Source: Neocallimastix sp. 'constans'
Taxonomy: Eukaryota
DNA: 64,000 nucleotides
Direction of reading: 5' to 3'
NCBI GenBank assembly: GCA_050613775.1
Contig: JBODTK010000100.1
Coordinates: 62,001 to 126,000 of the forward strand
Under the pieces are notes generated by a model. That model was given only the letters and a program-made list of their open reading frames with translations, did no database searches and was not told where the DNA came from. Positions 14,620-30,193 of the stretch are shown here, in pieces. Position 1 is the stretch's first letter. Every line of letters begins with the position of its first letter. The translations under genes and the position numbers were made by a program.

Positions 14620-15911
14620 AACTCAAGTAATGATTTTCGTTGATGAATGATAGAAATATTTTTTAAAATATATATATAAATATGTATATATAACAACTAA
14701 TTTATTCATTTTCATTTTCACAGTTGTTTCTGAATTATTTAATAGATATTTTGTATCAATTTATTTATTTAAAAAAAACAAAAGCAATAAATAATTGAAA
14801 TTTAGTTTTAGCTATATAATACAAATAACATAAAACTTTATCATAATTGTTTTATTTTTATTTAATATATATATATATAAAAGAAAAAGAAATGCCGTTT
14901 TTTATTAAAATTATAATAATATAAATATAATAATGATGAATTCTTTTCTTAAATAATTATTTTAAATATTATTTCATAATTAAATGTAGTATGGAATATA
15001 TATTTCATTTAAATAATTATCTTTAATTTTTTTTATATAATTTATGAATATATGCATATCATTTATGTTTATATATATATATTTATATATATATATATAT
15101 ATACATTATATAGAATATACATTTGTTAAAACATTTGAAAAAAAATTATAATATTATTTATTAACAAATAAAATTATATATTATGATATTAAAAATGTGA
15201 CATAAATAACAGATTTCGTATGACTAATGAATGATAATTGTTTTATTTTATTTTGCTTATTATTATTATTATTATTATTATTAAATATATGTTTTTATAT
15301 AATAAGTCAAATGTTTAATTTTGCTAAATTATTAATAAAATCGATTTTGTATTTTTTATTCGATATTTAATTATTAAATAATTAACTATTTTTTTTATTG
15401 AATTTATTTATTTATCTAATTATTATTAATTTATTATCTATTTATTTATTATTTATTTCTTATCTATTTATTTATTATTTATTTATTTATTATTCAATTA
15501 TTTATTGTTTATTATTTATTTAATTACTTATTTTTATTAAACTTTTTAAAATTTTAAATTAATTAAAATTTTATTTAAATTTAATTGAAATATATTATAA
15601 TATATGTTCTTTCATATATTATAATACATTATTTAATCATCATTTGTTAACAAAATAAAATAATAAAAATAAAAATTTCGAATTAAAACATAAATAAATA
15701 AATAAATAAATAATAAGTAAATAAATAAATAATAAGTAAGTAAATAAATAAATAATAATAAGTAAGTAAATAAATAAATAATAAGTAAGTAAATAAATAA
15801 ATAATAAGTAAGTAAGTAAATAAATAATAAGTAAATAAATAAATAATAAGTAAATAAATAAATAATAAATAAACAATTGAATAATAAGTAAGTAAATAAA
15901 TAAATAAATAA

Positions 15912-15947
<36 letters not shown>

Positions 15948-16325
15948 AATAATTAAATAAAGAATTATATTAAATAAAAACTTTTTATATATTATATATA
16001 TATAATGTATATATGATATAGAATAAGAATAAATATATATAGTAATAATTAATAATTAATGCTTTAATAAAAAGTTTTCAAATTTTATTTATATATATAA
16101 ATAAATAATTAGTTTAATTATAATTGTTCCCATTAGAATTTATGTCTTTTTTATACCATTTTAATTTTATTATTATTATTATTAATATATATATATTTTT
16201 ACTTTTTAAAAAAAAACCTAATTAAAATTATTATATGAAATTTTAAAAATTGTAATTCAAAAATCAAATTTTAAAATTTATAATCATTTTTAAATTTTCT
16301 TTTTCAATTTTTATTTTTCCTTAAA

Positions 16326-16369
<44 letters not shown>

Positions 16370-16658
16370 ATAAATATAATAAAATATATATATATATAAA
16401 AAAAAAAACTAACATATTTAATAGAATATAGGCTCTTTCAATTTAAACATTATTGATGATATTGCAATATTAATTATAACAGTATACATTCAAAAATAAT
16501 AACAATAGAAGAAAAGAAAATTAACAATATATAACATTAATTATAAATATAATATTAAAAAAAAAAAGGAAAGAAAAGAAAAGATAAAAAAATATATAAA
16601 AATAACATTGTAAAGTATAAATTTAATAATAATATTATAATTTGAAAAAAAATTAAAT

Positions 16659-17592
16659 ATGTCTCATGCTTCTCAACTTGAGAAACTTTTACCTGAAGAA
16701 GGTAGTAATTTTGAAGAATTTGATACTGAGAATGTAGAAAGGGATGAAGATGGAGTTTATATTGAATCAGACTATCCTCGTTATGATGGTTCATTTATAA
16801 ATAAAATATATACGTTCTTAACAATGAACTGGCATAGTCTTAAGAGACCTGTAATATATTCAGTAACCGCTTTATTACTGTTCTTTATTTTCTTCGTCCC
16901 TATTTTCAATCATAAAATTACTTCTAAACCTATTTATTCAGAAATTCGTTTACCAAAAACGGTAGTTCCTATCGCATATCGTTTAGATTTTGCTACTTCC
17001 TTGGAAAACGTTTCATTCAACGGTATCGCTGAAATTGATGTTGAAGTTAAGGAAGAAACTAACTTTATTGTCATACATTCACATAAACTAACATTATCAA
17101 ATATTAAAATTACTAATGGTAAAAAGAAATGGAAGGCTAAATCAATTAAATATAACGAAAAGAATCAATATGCCATTTTAAATTTTAATACTATTCTAAC
17201 ACCAGAAGTAAGTTTTTTTTTTTTTTTTTTGTATGATTGTTTATATTTTTGCTTTTTTATTTTTATTTTTATTTTTATTTCTTTTTATATTACTGTTTTA
17301 TTATATATATATGTATATTATATTATATTACTATATTATTTTATAAAATTTTATAATCTTAATTTCAATTATATTTGAAAAAAAAAAAAATGGACATAAC
17401 TTCATTGAAAAGAAAATATATATATATTTTTTTTGTATTTAATTTCAACTCTATACTTATGATATTTTTAAAAATACATATTCAATAGTAAAAACAAATT
17501 GTTAAAATCGATATTAAAATTAAATATCAAATGTTTCCTATAACATAATATAAATTAATTATAAAAACATTAATAATATTTCATACACAAAT

Positions 17593-17629
<37 letters not shown>

Positions 17630-18345
17630 CTCATATATACATTATTTATAAATAAATGTCAACATTAATTTATAGTTTTTTATCATACTAATATATTTTA
17701 TTACAAACTGTTATTATAATATTATAATATTAATAATATTATTATTAATCAATATCTATTATATAATAAAAAAAGACCAAGTATACTTTAATTATTCAAT
17801 ATGCTGGTTTATTATCTGATGATATGAGTGGTTATTATTTAAGTAAATATGGTGATAATGATAAGCCATCTTATTTAGCAACTACTCAATTTGAATCAAC
17901 TTCTGCTAGAAAGGCTTTCCCCTGTTTTGATGAACCAGAATTTAAGGCTACTTTCCAATTAAACATGACAGTTGGTGCTGGATATACTGCAATATCCAAC
18001 ATGAATGTAGTCAATATTGAAAAAGTTAAAAACTCAGAAAAGAAGAAATTTATCTTCGCAAATAGTACAAAGTAATTATTACTAAATATATGAGTTTTTC
18101 AATATTATTTATCTTCATATTTATAATAAAAATAATTATATATAAATTTTAATATAAAATATATAATACATATTAATATAATTTTCAAAAAAAAAAAAAA
18201 AAAAAATAATAATAATTAGAATATATATTAATTGTTTTATTTGTATTATATAATAATAATGATAATAATCAAAATTTACATATATATACCTATTATTATA
18301 TAATATAATATATATTTATTTTTTTATTTATTTTTATTTATTTTT

Positions 18346-18377
<32 letters not shown>

Positions 18378-19114
18378 TAATATATAATAGAATGAGTACT
18401 TATTTAGTTGCTTTTATTGTTTCCAACTTCAAATCTATTACTAAAACCAATAAAGGTATCGATATTAGCGTCTATACTAGACCAGAACAGATTGAATCTG
18501 CTGAATATGCTTTAGAAGTTAGTACTAAGATTTTAAGATTCTATGAAAGTACCTATGATATTCCTTACCCACTTCCAAAATTAGATTTAGTAAGTTATCA
18601 TACTTTAAATATTATTTATAATTAATATATACATATATATTTATATATATATATATATATTTTAAAGAAAAAAAAAAAAAAAAAAATAAAAAATAAAAAA
18701 TAATTGATATTTACTATTTATTAAAAACAAATTTATTATTGTTATTGTTATTACTATTATTATTATTATTTTTTTTTTCCTTAATATATTTCTCTATTTC
18801 TGAATTATATATATATTTAAATGCTTTATTAAAAAACCTAGGTTGCTATTCCAGATTTTGAAGCTGGTGCTATGGAAAATTGGGGTTTAATTACTTTCAG
18901 AGAAACCGCCTTATTATATAACGAAAAGGAAGCTTCCTCCATTAATAAACAATATGTAGCTATTGTGATTGCTCATGAATTAGCTCATCAATGGTTTGGA
19001 AAGTAAGTGATTATTCTCTTAATGTAATTCATTGAATAATTCTTAATTGAATTATATTAATAACTATAAAACATTATTAATATTGACTATTATATATATT
19101 TTTTATAAAATAAA

Positions 19115-19149
<35 letters not shown>

Positions 19150-19489
19150 AATATATTAAAGTCTTGTTACTATGAAATGGTGGGATGATCTATGGTTAAA
19201 TGAAGGATTTGCTGGTACTTTTTTTTTTTAAAAAAAAAAAAAAAGAAAGAATATAAATTCGAATAAATTTAATTATATTTTTCTATCTATATATCCGTTA
19301 ATTTATTCATTTATTATTATTTTTATTTAATAATTTATTTATTAACTGAAAATTATATTTCAATATTTTATATATAATATTTAATATTAATACTATCCTA
19401 TTATTAATTAATAGAATTTATGGAATGTAAGTATAAAGTGAAATAAAATGAAATAAAATATATCTTTAAATATATATATATGAAATGAG

Positions 19490-19524
<35 letters not shown>

Positions 19525-19714
19525 TAAAATATATATATATATTATTTTAATTAGATATAGGAACAAATGCTGCTGAACCAGAATGGGGAATGGGAAATCA
19601 TTGGTATTATATGGATGTTCTTAAAGCATTTAAAACTGATTCTTCTCATTATACTCATCCAATTTATGCTGAAGTTAAGGATCCAGAAGAAATTTCTGTA
19701 AATATTAATACATT

Positions 19715-19745
<31 letters not shown>

Positions 19746-19816
19746 TAAGAATCTATAAATTTTTTTTAATTATAAAACATGATCATTAATAACAATTCAT
19801 TTTAATTTTTAAATCA

Positions 19817-19910
<94 letters not shown>

Positions 19911-21876
19911 GTTATTATAATATTAGGCTTTATTTGACGATATATCATATTCTAAAGGTTCTTCTGTTATTAGAATGATTGAATCATGGTTAAATAACAT
20001 TAATTCTAAACAAATTCGACGTAGTGCAACAACTTATTCAAGTAATTATTTCTTTAATAGAATTCATAAATATTTAGATTTATACAAATACAGTAATGCT
20101 GAAACAAAACAATTATGGGATGCCTTAGAATCCTATGACCGAGATGGAAAACCATTAATGAATGTTTCAGAAACTATGGGTACTTTTATTAATCAAGCGG
20201 GTTATCCAATTGTTATGATGAAAGAAAACAAAGAAAAAAATAGTGTTGTTTTATCTCAAGAACGTTACTTTGCTAATCATATTGAATTAATGAACAGTGA
20301 TAAACCAGCTGATAATAGTACTTGGATTATTCCTTACTCTTATTTGGTTTACTCCAATGCTACTGGAAAACCAGAAATTATTGAAAATAAATCCATTACT
20401 TTGAAGGAAGAAACTTCCATACCTTTACCAAGAATTTTACGAAAGAGAGATAGTAATGTTAAAGATAATTCTGATGCTAAATTATTTGTTAAAGGTAATC
20501 CTGATCAAACTGGTTTCTATAAGGTTCAATATGATGATGAATCTATTCAAATTGCTTGTGAATGGTTAAAATCTGATTTATATTTCATGTCTGCAATTGA
20601 TAGAGCTGGTTTCCTTTCCGATATTTCTTCACAATTATTCAATGGTCGTACTGAAAATCCTGAAACTATTCTTGACTGCCTCACCTTTTTAAGAAATGAA
20701 AAAAGTAATGTGGTATGGCAAAGTGCAATTGATGTCTTAAAACAATTAATAAAGAATTATGATATTAAAGCTTCCTATGGTAATGTTAAAAAGTATATTA
20801 TTTCCTTAATTCAAAATATTGCTAATGATATTGGATGGGAAGAAAAAGAAAATAATGGTAACGATAAGAATAAAGGTGATGATAATGACAAAGATAAGGA
20901 TAAGGATAAAAATGGTGATAAGGATAATGATAATGATGAAGGAGATAAAATTGAAGATGGTGATGGTGATGGTGATGATGATAACGGTGATGGTGACAAA
21001 ATTGAAGATGGTAATGAGGAATATCAAAGTAGAAAAAAAATTAATGTTGCTACTAATGGTAAGAATAAGAAGGGAGATAAAATGCAATATAAAAATGAAC
21101 TTAGAGAAGAAAATCTAAAGAGAAAGAGAGATAATGACGATTCCTCCAAGGAAGATAATACTATTCACAACCGTTCCCAATTACGTGCCTCTATTTTAGG
21201 TTTAGCTTGTATTGTTGGTGAACAAAAAATCAAGTCTGAAGCATTATCATACTTTGAACAAATTAAAAATGGTACATTCACTAAAAACTTTGATGAAGAT
21301 ATTTTAAGTGTTATCTATTCTACCGGTATTCGTTATGGTAATGAAAATGAATTTAATTTTATTTTTGAAGAATATAAGAAAGAAACTTCCGTTCAACGTA
21401 AGGATATGTTAAAGGATTCTCTTGCTGCTGTCACTGTTCCATTCCTTCAAGAAAAATTATTTGAACTTTCTATTTCTGAAGAAATTAGAGAACAAGATAC
21501 CAACTTTTTATTAATGAAATTAATAAGGAATGTTGGTTCTAGTGCAGCTCGTCAATGCTGGATTTTTGTTAAGGAACATTGGGATTCTTACTTTATTGAT
21601 CGTTTCCCGACTGGTACTGCTGGTTTCTCTAGACTTTTAGGTACCATAGCTGAATACCTTAATAATAATGAATTCTTTGATGATATTGTAGGATGGATTG
21701 AAGGTACCAATGATCCTAAAAGAGTAGTTCCTTCTAACTCAAAAGCTCTCGTTAAACGTGGAGTTGAATTTGGTAGAGCCAATAGTTACTGGACAAAACA
21801 TGAAAAGTATGGTGAAGTGGTTTCTAAATGGTTAAAAGAAAATTTCGAAAATAAAAAACTTATTGAATCTAATTAA
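16659..21876 (+). CDS. M1-family zinc aminopeptidase, type II membrane-anchored (aminopeptidase N/ERAP-like), about 8 exons including a 12-nt micro-exon (19415-19426)
   Basis: N-terminal TM ([19 protein letters not shown]), [50 protein letters not shown] (~18867), HELAHQWFG (~18974), [22 protein letters not shown], and an ERAP1-like C-terminal region. Confidence 0.95.
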
Positions 21877-21966
21877 ATTTATATATTTAAAAAAAAAATA
21901 AAAAAAAAAAAAAAAAAAAAATAAAAAATGTTAATAATAATAATAATATAAAAGAATAAAGAAACT

Positions 21967-22001
<35 letters not shown>

Positions 22002-22411
22002 AAAGATAAAAAATAAAAATAGTATTTAGTAAAATAAGTATATAGTTATAATATGAAATGCTTATAACCATAAAATAAGAACAAAAATTTATTAGCTTTT
22101 TTTTTTTTTTCTTTTTTTTTTTTTTATAAAAAAAAAAATTACTAAAAGTCACTTAAAACAACAATAATAATAATATTAATAATAATGAAATCATATTTAT
22201 TTTATTTAATATATACTTTATCTTAAATTTTGTATAATATTATTTATTATTAAATAAATAAAAATAATAAAATAAAAAATAATATAAAATAATAATTAAT
22301 GTATACAACTATTAAAATAACATTTCAATATAATCTTTGTATAATATATATATATAGTTTTAATGAGTTTTTTATGAATTTAAAATTTTTTATTAACTTT
22401 TTTTTTATTGA

Positions 22412-22415
<4 letters not shown>

Positions 22416-22461
<46 letters not shown>

Positions 22462-22522
22462 TTTATTATTTTTATTTTTATTATTATTTTTATTTTTATT
22501 ATTATTTTTATTTTTATTATTA

Positions 22523-22602
<80 letters not shown>

Positions 22603-22697
22603 TTTATTTTTATTATTATTTTTATTTTTATTATTATTTTTATTTTTATTTTTATTATTATTTTTATTATTATTATTATTTTTATTTTTATTATTAC
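22416..22697. repeat. (ATT)n / (ATTTTT)n compound microsatellite
   Basis: Directly visible; source of three spurious ORFs. Confidence 0.9.
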
Positions 22698-23419
22698 TTT
22701 TACACTTTAATATATTAAATATTATATTTATTTTTATTAAAGTTACTTCAAAATATATATATTGTTTATTTAACACTATATTATATATAATTAAGATTTT
22801 TTTTTTTTTCTTATTATTTATATAGAACTTATGTTTTTTCATTAAAAATATTTTATGATAAAATAGGAAAGCATATCAGTAAAGTCAATTATTGCAGATA
22901 ATTGTTTGATAATTTTAAGTGTATAATACAATTAAAAAAAAAAAAAAAAATTGATAATAATGAAAATTTATAAATATATATAGTTTGTAATATATTGAAT
23001 ATTACAAACTATATATAGATTTATTTAATTATGAATCGAAACACAAATTATAAGCCATTATTAAATTTGTTATCCATAAAAAAAAAGGTTATGGTGTTAA
23101 TAATGTTACACCATCAGAAAATCATTTGAAAATAAATTAAAACAAAATTCTAATTCATAGTTATCCTTTGTTACCTTTCAGCATCAACAAATTGTAGAGT
23201 TCATAGTAAATAAAAAAAAAAGTTGATATATTTATATATATAAAATCATGAACGAAATATCAATGAACATTTTAAAGAGAAAAAGAATATAAAAACGATA
23301 ATGAAAATCATAAAACATAAGAAGATAATAAACTTTCAGATAATACTAAAAAGCCTTTATCACTATATTCCAATAATTGAATATAATATACATTTATATG
23401 TTAATATTTAATATTTAGT

Positions 23420-23789
23420 ATTTATTTATTATTTATTATTTATAATTTATTATTTATTATTTATTATTTGTTATTTATTATTTATTATTTATTATTTATT
23501 ATTTATTATTTATTATTTATTATTTATTATTTGTTATTTATTATTTATTATTTATTATTTGTTATTTATTATTTATTATTTATTATTTGTTATTTATTAT
23601 TTATTATTTATTATTTATTATTTATTATTTATTATTTATTATTTATTATTTATTATTCATTATTATTTATTATTTGTTATTTATTATTTATTATTTATTA
23701 TTTATTATTTATTATTTATTATTTATTATTTATTATTCATTATTATTTATTATTTATTATTTATTATTTATTATTATTTATTATTTATT
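23420..23789. repeat. Heptamer microsatellite (TTATTTA)n with TTG/TTC variants
   Basis: Directly visible; same unit as 11640-12060. Confidence 0.9.
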
Positions 23790-24026
23790 AAGCTTATTTA
23801 ATTTTGATTAAAATAAATTAAATATGAATCTTACAACAAACAATGAAAATTAATGTATGAATTTACTACATTATGTAATTTCCATAATACATTATAGTTA
23901 TTTAATTGAAAAAAAAAAAAAAATATATAAAATAACATTTTTTTTTTAATTTTTTTATTTTATTTTTTTTTTTTTTTTTTATAATTTTTATCTTTTGCTC
24001 TTCTATTTAATAAAAAGTCTTATTAG

Positions 24027-24075
<49 letters not shown>

Positions 24076-24737
24076 GAAGAAAAAAAAGAAGAAGAAGAAG
24101 GATAAATAAATTCAATAATTTTGAAAAAAATGATTTTTGGCTGTTTTTTTTTTAATATATTTTTTAAATAATTTAATTTAATTATATATATTTTATTTAT
24201 TTTAAAAAATAAAATAAACAATAATTTATAATTTATGATTTTTATTTAATTTAAATTCACATTTAATAAAAGAAAAAAGTTATTTTTTCCCCAATAAATT
24301 TATTCAATATATTATTTTATTTTCTATCTATTAATATATGTCTAATTCACAATAAAATAAATAAATAAATAAATAAATAAAAAGAAAGAATTAAAAGTAA
24401 AAAGCTTAAACATTTATTATTAGCTTGATTTAATTATTTAATAAATAAATATACCTTTGGATTTGATTAAAACAAAGATAAAGTAATTAATATTAAATTT
24501 AAAAGATTCTTATTAATATAAATTATATGATTTTACCTATCATAATTATAATCTGTATTTTTTTTCCTAATTATATATAACTAACAAATATAAATATTTT
24601 ATATATATATATATTTTAATTTTATAATTTTTAATTTTATTTTTATATACTATATATAACTTTTACAACTTTTATTATAATTAATTTTTAATAATATATA
24701 ATATATATATATAATATTTATTATCATTTATTATCGT

Positions 24738-24772
<35 letters not shown>

Positions 24773-24859
24773 GTAACTATCGAATTTTTTTAAAAAATTA
24801 TTCAAAGTATATAAACTTTTATATCTGTTTAAATAAATAACATATGTTGGATTAACGTA

Positions 24860-27162
24860 ATGCAGGAATCTCTTATCAATATTCGTGCCTTTCAATTATA
24901 AGTGTCTAATGAAATAAAAAAAATATATATATATATTAAAAATAAAAAACAAAAACAAAAACAAAAACAAATAAATAAAATAAAATAAACTGCAAACAAT
25001 ATAACGATACTAATTGGACAAATTATTATTATTATTATTATTATTCTATATATCATTTCAATTCATTACAAGGCATCAAAGAATTTCATTAGAAGTTGAT
25101 TTCTCAATTAAATCAATATTTGTTAGTAGAATTTGAATGGATTTAATATATTTTATTTTACACAATTATGATTATAATTATAAAAACTTTAAAAAAATAA
25201 AATAAAAAAAAAGTCGTTATGATAAAAAATAATAATATATTAATATTTTTAATTGTTATAAAATAATAATTAAAAAAAAAAAAAAATTAGGGTTATGCTG
25301 AATTAATTATACAACCTCTTATACCAGATTTAAAAAAGATTCGTTTAAATTGTAGACAATTAAGTAGGTTTTTTTTTTTTTTTTTTATAATGATGAATCA
25401 ATTTTGAAATTTAAATCGAGAAGTTAAAAATATATATTTAAAATATATAAATAATTTTTATAATTATTAAAAAAAAATAAAAATCAGCAATACGGAAAAT
25501 AACTGTTAATAAAATACAAGCACAATATAATTTATCGGATCCAGTGAAAAATATTTTACCCACAAATAAAAATGTAAATTATCATTATGAATTTAAACAA
25601 GAATTTATAAATTTTCTTCAAGAAGCAGATGATGGAGAATTGGTTATTAATATACCAGAAGAAATTGAAATAAAGAAAGTAATATTTTATTAAATTTTAT
25701 TTTTTTATTTTAATAATACTTAATTAACTCAAGATTTTGATGAGTTAGAAATAATCATTATTCAATATTAATTTTATTGAAATTATTAATTTCCATCAAA
25801 TAAAATCAGGTTATATCAAAAAATAAAGAATCAACAATAGAAAATGATAAAAATAAAGAAAAAGAAAAAGAAAACCAACCCAATGGAGGTAAATAATTAT
25901 TATGATTGTTATTTATATAATAAATCTATTATAAATATTGACAAATTGTAATAATTATATTAAATGAATTGAATATATATATACACATTTTTATTATATT
26001 AAATTTAAATGTATAATCAATAGCTAATAATATAAATACACCAGAAGTAGAACAAGAAAAGTATTATCCCATTATAGTTAGAATTGAATATGAATTAGTT
26101 GATCCAGATTCTGGTGTCTATTTTAATATGCCAGATCCTGAAGCCGCACCATACGTAAGCAATAATATATTATATTATAGAAATTACGATGAATTTAGTA
26201 TTATTTTGTATTTGAATATATCAATTTATATGAAATATTATTGGAATTAAAAAAAAAAAATTATAATACCCTTATTTATTTTTTATTTATTTATAAATTT
26301 TTAATTGAAATAAATTAATAAACCAATTAAATTTAATAATTAAAGAGATATCCTCATATGTACACATACAATCAGTGTGGTTTTGCAAGATTATGGATGC
26401 CTTGCATAGATAAATTTCAAGAACGTTGTACCTGGGAAATGGAATATATTGTAGCAAAAACGGTAAGACCTCAAATGTTGGATAATAATTCATATTTAGA
26501 TGATGATGAAGATGATGAAGCGGAACTTACAGTAGTTAGTAGTGGCGAATTAGTAGAGCAAATTATACATCCATTAGATTCTTCCAAAAAAATATTTTAT
26601 TATACATTAAATGTTCCTTCAGCAGCACCAAATATTTATTTCACTGTTGGACCCTATAAGATGAGAAAGCTTATTGGTTGGCAAAGTATGGGTAAATCAA
26701 CCAATATTGCAAATTCTAATAATTCAAATAATAATTCATCAAATAAAAATAAAACCAATGATTCAAATACAAAAAACTCCGAAAAATCAACAAAAGATAA
26801 TTCAGAGGAAAAGAAAGAAGATAAAGACGAAAATGAAATATTATCAAATAGTATATCAGGAATTGGAGGTGGTTATATATTTTATTTACCAGGACGTAAA
26901 GAAGAAGCTGAATATACCACAAATTTCATTCAACAAGCTTTTTCATTTTATGTTCAATATATTGGAACTCCATATCCTTATTTATCTTTTAAACTTGTTT
27001 GCATAGAAAATCCTATCAATCCTTTAATTGTTGGAACCACAATTGGTTTTATGAGGTATAAATATATATATATATAAAATAATAATTAATAAGTATTTTT
27101 TTTTCATTATAATATAAAATAAAATAAAGAAAAATATATTAGTTGATGTTTATTATTAAATA

Positions 27163-27211
<49 letters not shown>

Positions 27212-30153
27212 TTCTAATAATATTTAAAATCTACAACAATACACACAATGACAATAATTACTATAATAAATTTATATAATAATTATTATTTTTATTTTAA
27301 ATAATATATATTTATATGTATTAAACCAATAAACAATAAACAGTACACTTTATTTAGTAACAAATGATATTATTGATCAAACTTATGAAACAAGAAAAAA
27401 TATATCAAGATCATTAATTATGCAATGGTATGGTTCATATATTGTTCAAAAAACATGGGCAGATACATGGCTTATACATGGTATATCACATTATATTGCA
27501 GGATTATTTTTGAAAAGACATTTTGGAAATAATGAATATAGATATCGTTTAAGAAAAGTAAAAAATTTAATCATAATTATTCTTAAATAATATATAAGCA
27601 AATATATAAATATATTAGTTTATTTCAAATATTTTTTTATTTTAATATATTAATTTTATTATTAACATTAATAATATTATAATATTTGTATAAATTTATT
27701 ATATATAAATTTTATTTTTATTAATATTATATAATTTCACTTTTTTTTTTTTATTACTTTTTTTTTTTTTTTTTTTTTTTTCATTATTTTCTTTATTATA
27801 TTAATTATTTAATTATTTAATATTTTGAAAACTAATCAAAATAAAATAAACAATAACAACTCTAGGATATAGATTATTTAGTAAAATTAGATGTAAATCA
27901 ACCACCACTAAACCCACTTGTAATTGCAACAGATGATAATCAATTTCCTAAGCTTGATCCATTAATTTTATTACATTATTCTCCTGATAATGATTACTTA
28001 TCATCAAGAAGTGAATTTTTATCATTAAAATCACCATTAGTTTTGTATATGCTAAATAAACGTCTTGGAAAAGGTATTTTACAAAAAGTTATCACTAAAA
28101 TAACAAATTCATTTGAACAAGGTGAAATACCATTTGGTCTTAGTACACACCATTTTTTAAAAGTATGTAGAAAATTAAGTAAAGATATTGATTTAAAAGA
28201 ATTTGCTGATCAATGGATTTATGGAACAGGTATTCCAAAGTTTTATTTCACCCATCATTTTAATAGAAAAAGAATGACAGTGGAATTTAAATTTAGACAG
28301 GAATCAACGAGTAATTGGGGTAAAAAAATAAAATTTACAGGTCCTTTAACTATTCGTGTACATGAACCAAGCGGTGTGTTTGATACCGAAGTTCAAGTTT
28401 CCGAAGTTCAACAGAATTTTGATGTACAATATCACACTAAATATAAACGTATTAGAAGTACAAAATCAAAAAAGAAAAAAAAATCAAAGAAAAATATGGA
28501 AGAAGATGAATTAGAAGATGATGAAGAAACAGATGAAAGTGAAGAAGTAAATTGGGGTGAAGGAACTGATAGATCTCCAGTGGAATGGATAAGAATGGAT
28601 CCTGATACTGAATGGCTCACATTAATTATTTTAGAGCAAACACATTTTATGTGGGGTAATCAACTTCAAAAAGATAAGGATGTTATAGCACAGCATCATG
28701 CAATTTCCGAATTAAAATATCATAATATACCAGAAGAAGCTGTTTCAGCTGTAGTTTTAACATTAGAAAAAGCTATGCTTGATTGCTCAAATTACTATAA
28801 AATTAGAATGGAAGCCTCAAAGACAATCGTATATTGTTCAGCAGTACAGGGTATTGAAAAATTAATGAAAGCGTATAAAGAACAATTTTGCTATCCATAT
28901 CATGAAAGTACTCATGCATTTATACCGTATTCCAATGATTTTTCAAACTTAAGTGAATATTTTGTTCAAAAATCAATACCAGCAGGAATGATAGGTGCAA
29001 GAGATGAACATGATTTAGCATTTTATGAGGTTAGAAGATTTATATTAGATCTTTTAAAGAATAATGATAATACTGATAATCAATATTCAGATTGTTATCT
29101 TATTGCATCATTAATTACTTCAATTGGATTGGCTTTTGTTCCAACTAAAAAAACTGTAGCTAAACAAAAAATAACAATCGAAACTAATGAAGTTAAAAAT
29201 CAAGTAGATGATGAAGGTGATTTAGTTTTAGAAGAATTTGAATTTAATGGAAGTGACGATGAAAATCAAGATGTAGTTACCAAAAATAAATTACAAAATA
29301 TTTCCGGAAATGAGGCAGAAAAAGAAAATTTAATTTTTAAGGAAGCATTAGAAGAAATTGAAAGATATAGAATAAGAGATATGATTATGCCTTCCTATCA
29401 CAATGTTGTCACAGTAAAATGTTTAGAAACTTATCATTTATGGATGATGGCTGAATTAATACCTATTAACTATAAAATATTTTTACCTTATACAAGATAT
29501 GGAACTTGTTTATTCATTAGAATAGTAGCAATTGATGCAATTATTATATTAAATGGTTTATTTATTGATTCTATTTGTAAATATATATTTTATTTATTAC
29601 GTGATGATCCATCACCGTATTTCAGATTCCATATTATAAAATCATTGGTTGCCTATATATCACTTTTAGGAGGAATAACGGATAGTGATGTGGAAAAGAA
29701 ATCTCAAATCCTTGAAAATTCATCAACTCTAATTAATCAGAAAACAAAAAATAGTCAAAATGAACTTTTAAAAAAATATAGAATAGAATTTGCTGAAAAT
29801 AAATTTGTTAGAGAAATGATTTGGGACTTATTAAAGTAAATTTTTAAAATTAAATTTATATTAAAAAAAAGTTTATATTAATGTGAAACTATTTTATTTT
29901 ATGGCTATTATAATTAATCATATTTCTATTTACTAATTTATTTATTTATTTATATATTAATTAATTAATTATTTTATTTATATCATATCATTAAAGTAAT
30001 AATCCAGTTAAAGATCATCGAATAAGAATGAAATTACTAGACTTATGTGAAGTATTATATATTCCAATTATTCCAGAAGAACCACCTGTTTCACAAAAGG
30101 GTTCTCTTATGAAACTGAAGATTAGAATGTCATCAACCGCAACATCAGATGTA

Positions 30154-30193
<40 letters not shown>

